From a virus, in the IMG/VR virus record IMGVR_UViG_3300048837_000984, positions 96,001 through 160,000 of that record: DNA of 64,000 nt; one strand, written 5' to 3'. Positions 61,735-64,000 of this stretch are shown here, piece after piece; position 1 is the stretch's first letter, and each line of letters starts with the position of its first letter. The notes beneath the pieces were generated by a model. That model was not told the origin of the DNA. It did no database searches and saw nothing but the letters and a program-made list of their open reading frames with translations. A program made the translations under genes and the position numbers.

Positions 61735-62086
61735 TTCCTTCCTCCAGTTCTGAAGACTTCTTGGCTACTCGTAACATCCACAGCTCAGGACCCTTCTTGA
61801 GAAGGTTGAGCCACGCCGCGGGTGTAGGCACAAACCCGCAGTCTTCTTCAATATGCTGTTCCGCGATCATCTTTACCGGGATGCGCTTCCCGTCGCTGTT
61901 GGTGATTGTGTGGCCGAACCGTTCTACAGCCCATTGGACACCCGCGGAGTGGTGCCTTAGAGCTCTGTGCGTCCAGTCGCCTGTGTACTGCTTGGTCTCA
62001 TCGAACCAGTCATGTATCCGGACATAGTCGTCCGGATGCCCGCCGAACCTCTTTGCGCTCGACACCGCGTGGTACCATGGTGTCAC
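61724..62086 (-). CDS. His-rich conserved hypothetical protein (DUF6915-like)
   Basis: PWYHAVSSAKRFGG..IHDWFDETK..HRALRHH..EQHIEED; family recalled. Confidence 0.7.
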   Translation of the reverse strand: MTPWYHAVSSAKRFGGHPDDYVRIHDWFDETKQYTGDWTHRALRHHSAGVQWAVERFGHTITNSDGKRIPVKMIAEQHIEEDCGFVPTPAAWLNLLKKGPELWMLRVAKKSSELEEGNGP

Positions 62087-62174
62087 GGACTCGGTTCCTC
62101 CAAATGGTCGAACCCGCAACGGGACGGACGTGATTTGTCTGTTCCGTTGCGGGTTCTAGGGTTTGGCAAAGTAA

Positions 62175-62912
62175 CTAATTCTGCAGTGACGACCAGGCTT
62201 CTTCTAGAAGTCCTTCCGGGTAGGTGTTTACCAACCCGAACCTTGGGTCGCGGACCTGGTTAATACGGATGTCCCGTTGGCGACACATTCGACTAGCCCG
62301 GATTCCCAGTCGCTTGGCGTCGTTCAGTGATACCTCGTAACCGTTGACCTTCAGGAAGGCCAGGGCCGAGTAGTAGCCGAAGTTGCTTGTCTGGGTGTCC
62401 ATAGCAGCCTGAGCCAGGTGCTCGACATCGTCGATCTTCTCTTCCAGTGAAGCCTGCTTGTCGGCCAGCTCCAGGATTGCTACCTCCTGGTCGTAGATCC
62501 TCTGGACCAGTTGCATCAGCGCCATCGTCTTGCTCATGCGCGACTCACCGCTCGCTGGCGCTGGGTATCGCCCGTGGCGCATGATGCTTGGGATCACTTC
62601 CTTGGTGATCCACTTGCGGAACGGACGAGCCTGAGGCTTGTCGCTCCGGAGTAGAATTGTGTACAGTCCGGACTCGTTGATGAAGACTCTCGGCGGACCG
62701 CCAGCACCCTCATTCAGAGTGAGGGTGGTCTTTTCGTCGGCGTCCATCCGACTTGCGACCTGACTTGGATTGCCGATCTCCAGTACTGCACACACATCCG
62801 CCAGACAGAACAGCGGCTCGTCCATCGTGCCTGCCGTGCGGATCTTCACTCCGCTGGTATTTATCGTCTCAGGGACGACTAACTCGAAACCCAGAGTCAA
62901 ACTCGTACTCAC
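62175..62912 (-). CDS. BRO-N domain antirepressor-like protein
   Basis: EPLFCLADVCAVL, INESGLYTILLRSDKPQARPFRKWITKEVIPSI. Confidence 0.92.
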   Translation of the reverse strand: MSTSLTLGFELVVPETINTSGVKIRTAGTMDEPLFCLADVCAVLEIGNPSQVASRMDADEKTTLTLNEGAGGPPRVFINESGLYTILLRSDKPQARPFRKWITKEVIPSIMRHGRYPAPASGESRMSKTMALMQLVQRIYDQEVAILELADKQASLEEKIDDVEHLAQAAMDTQTSNFGYYSALAFLKVNGYEVSLNDAKRLGIRASRMCRQRDIRINQVRDPRFGLVNTYPEGLLEEAWSSLQN

Positions 62913-62966
62913 GATAACTTCTCCGTTAAGGATGTAAAAACCACAGTTGTTTGGCTGTCTCAGGTC

Positions 62967-63533
62967 TCAGACAAGATCTTCTACCTTTCTTGGTAAGACG
63001 TCTCGGAACAATTTGGCTGGCTGCGGGTCGAAATACGGAGTCGGCAGCAACTTGGCGAAGAAGTCTATGGACTCTGAAATGGTTTTGAACTTGCCTTCTA
63101 GGAACGGCTGGTGACCAGCCGTCTCGAAACTGGTATTGAACATCAGAGGAAGAATAGCCATTCGCCATGTATCTCTGAAGTTACCCGAGTCTTTACGCGA
63201 AAATCCGTCGCAGTAACGACAGTAGAGGCAATAATTTCTGTAATCAGGGTTTCTGCAATACCAGAAGAACTGACTGTTAATGAAACTGCGTTGCGGCCAG
63301 TGATTCCATCGATACAGCCACCGCAAAGTATTCGATGTCTTCAGGTCACCCTGGTCTTCCAGGTAGTCTGAAATCACCAGGATCAGTCTCCAGTCTGGTT
63401 CCTTTCCATCTCGCTGCTCACACCAGGTGAGCGCTGGTACGTCTTCGAGTGAAAGCACAGCACGAAGCTCCAAAAAGAAAGCCACCCCAATTGAGGTGGC
63501 TTTCACTGTTTCAGATTCTGTCAAATCTCGCAA
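62967..63533 (-). CDS. Hypothetical protein with TIGR02996-like motif
   Basis: EPDWRLILVISDYLEDQGD. Confidence 0.55.
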   Translation of the reverse strand: MRDLTESETVKATSIGVAFFLELRAVLSLEDVPALTWCEQRDGKEPDWRLILVISDYLEDQGDLKTSNTLRWLYRWNHWPQRSFINSQFFWYCRNPDYRNYCLYCRYCDGFSRKDSGNFRDTWRMAILPLMFNTSFETAGHQPFLEGKFKTISESIDFFAKLLPTPYFDPQPAKLFRDVLPRKVEDLV

Positions 63534-64000
63534 CCGTTAGCCGTACAGGCGTATGTCTGCGAGCTTACTGTCTGATCCTCCTTTTCGTAGTACCGGAGCT
63601 TGCTCCAGTCGATCTTCGGAAACGAAGCCTCGAGCCTGTTGTACTCCTCCTCAGTGATAGCCTCGTACGGCGGGAAGAACTCGCTGTACACACCATTATC
63701 CTTCGGCAGGAACGAAATACCGCTGATACTGTCGAAGTTCTCGTAAACCCAGTTCCCAGATTCCATCCACTCATGGTCGTCGATGTAGACCGTGCAGGAC
63801 ACCGAGTGTTCGGCCCAGAACTTCTTCCAGGACATCCAGTTATTGAGCATGTCCAGGGCGGAGAAGTCGTCGACTACCGGTGCGCCCTCTGGCGACTTGA
63901 TCGGGAAGTCGAAGACGTTGAGGCTGGAATCGAGCGGATCCAGCCGGTGCGGAACGCCCGCGTCTACCAGCAGCCTGCTTACTGGACTAGCGGCACTCTC
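63521..64000 (-). CDS. nrdJ: Class II (B12-dependent) ribonucleotide reductase, C-terminal part; extends past the window
   Basis: Open frame from the edge (ESAASPVSRLLVDAGVP..VFDFPIKSP); WAEHSVSCTV, ISFLP, PYEAITEEEY, terminal ACTANGCEI. Confidence 0.85.
   Translation of the reverse strand, partial: ESAASPVSRLLVDAGVPHRLDPLDSSLNVFDFPIKSPEGAPVVDDFSALDMLNNWMSWKKFWAEHSVSCTVYIDDHEWMESGNWVYENFDSISGISFLPKDNGVYSEFFPPYEAITEEEYNRLEASFPKIDWSKLRYYEKEDQTVSSQTYACTANGCEI

Noticed and set aside
1-64000. Alternative genetic code (stop-codon recoding)
   Set aside because: Long genes are uninterrupted under code 11, and TAG, TGA and TAA all end genes at sensible boundaries.

Overview
A 64-kb segment of a large, GC-rich tailed dsDNA phage genome. 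Essentially every credible gene is on the minus strand, and the + strand ORFs are shadows. In transcription order (right to left) it holds: (1) nucleotide metabolism and accessory genes (C-terminus of a class II RNR, BRO antirepressor, GP88-like protein, dCTP deaminase, Nudix hydrolase); (2) an AT-richer non-coding region with iteron-like repeats and a long palindrome, a probable origin, next to a degenerate HUH/Rep-like gene; (3) a replication/recombination module (Mre11/Rad50 pair, an IS110/Nop-like protein, SF2 helicase, DnaB-like helicase, primase, UDG-fused family A DNA polymerase with two inteins, putative SSB, RecA/UvsX, thyA-folA, DEDDh exonuclease, RuvC); (4) portal, glycosyltransferase, degenerate HD protein and WD40 protein; (5) five low-complexity putative internal-head/ejection proteins punctuated by K-x-A motifs; (6) one tRNA(CAT); and (7) an accessory region (metallophosphoesterase, a chain of coupled small ORFs, methionine aminopeptidase, two XRE HTH genes). 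The standout is at the left edge. An HTH gene and a Cas7/RAMP-like gene (151..819) are followed immediately by a non-coding array of strict 5-nt GGY-NN units split by a GNRA hairpin, a candidate compact RNA-guided system with a gapped dinucleotide code (VIPR-like), probably cut off by the window edge. TIGR02996-like motifs weakly suggest a Planctomycetota host. All family assignments come from motif recognition by eye; no database search was run.
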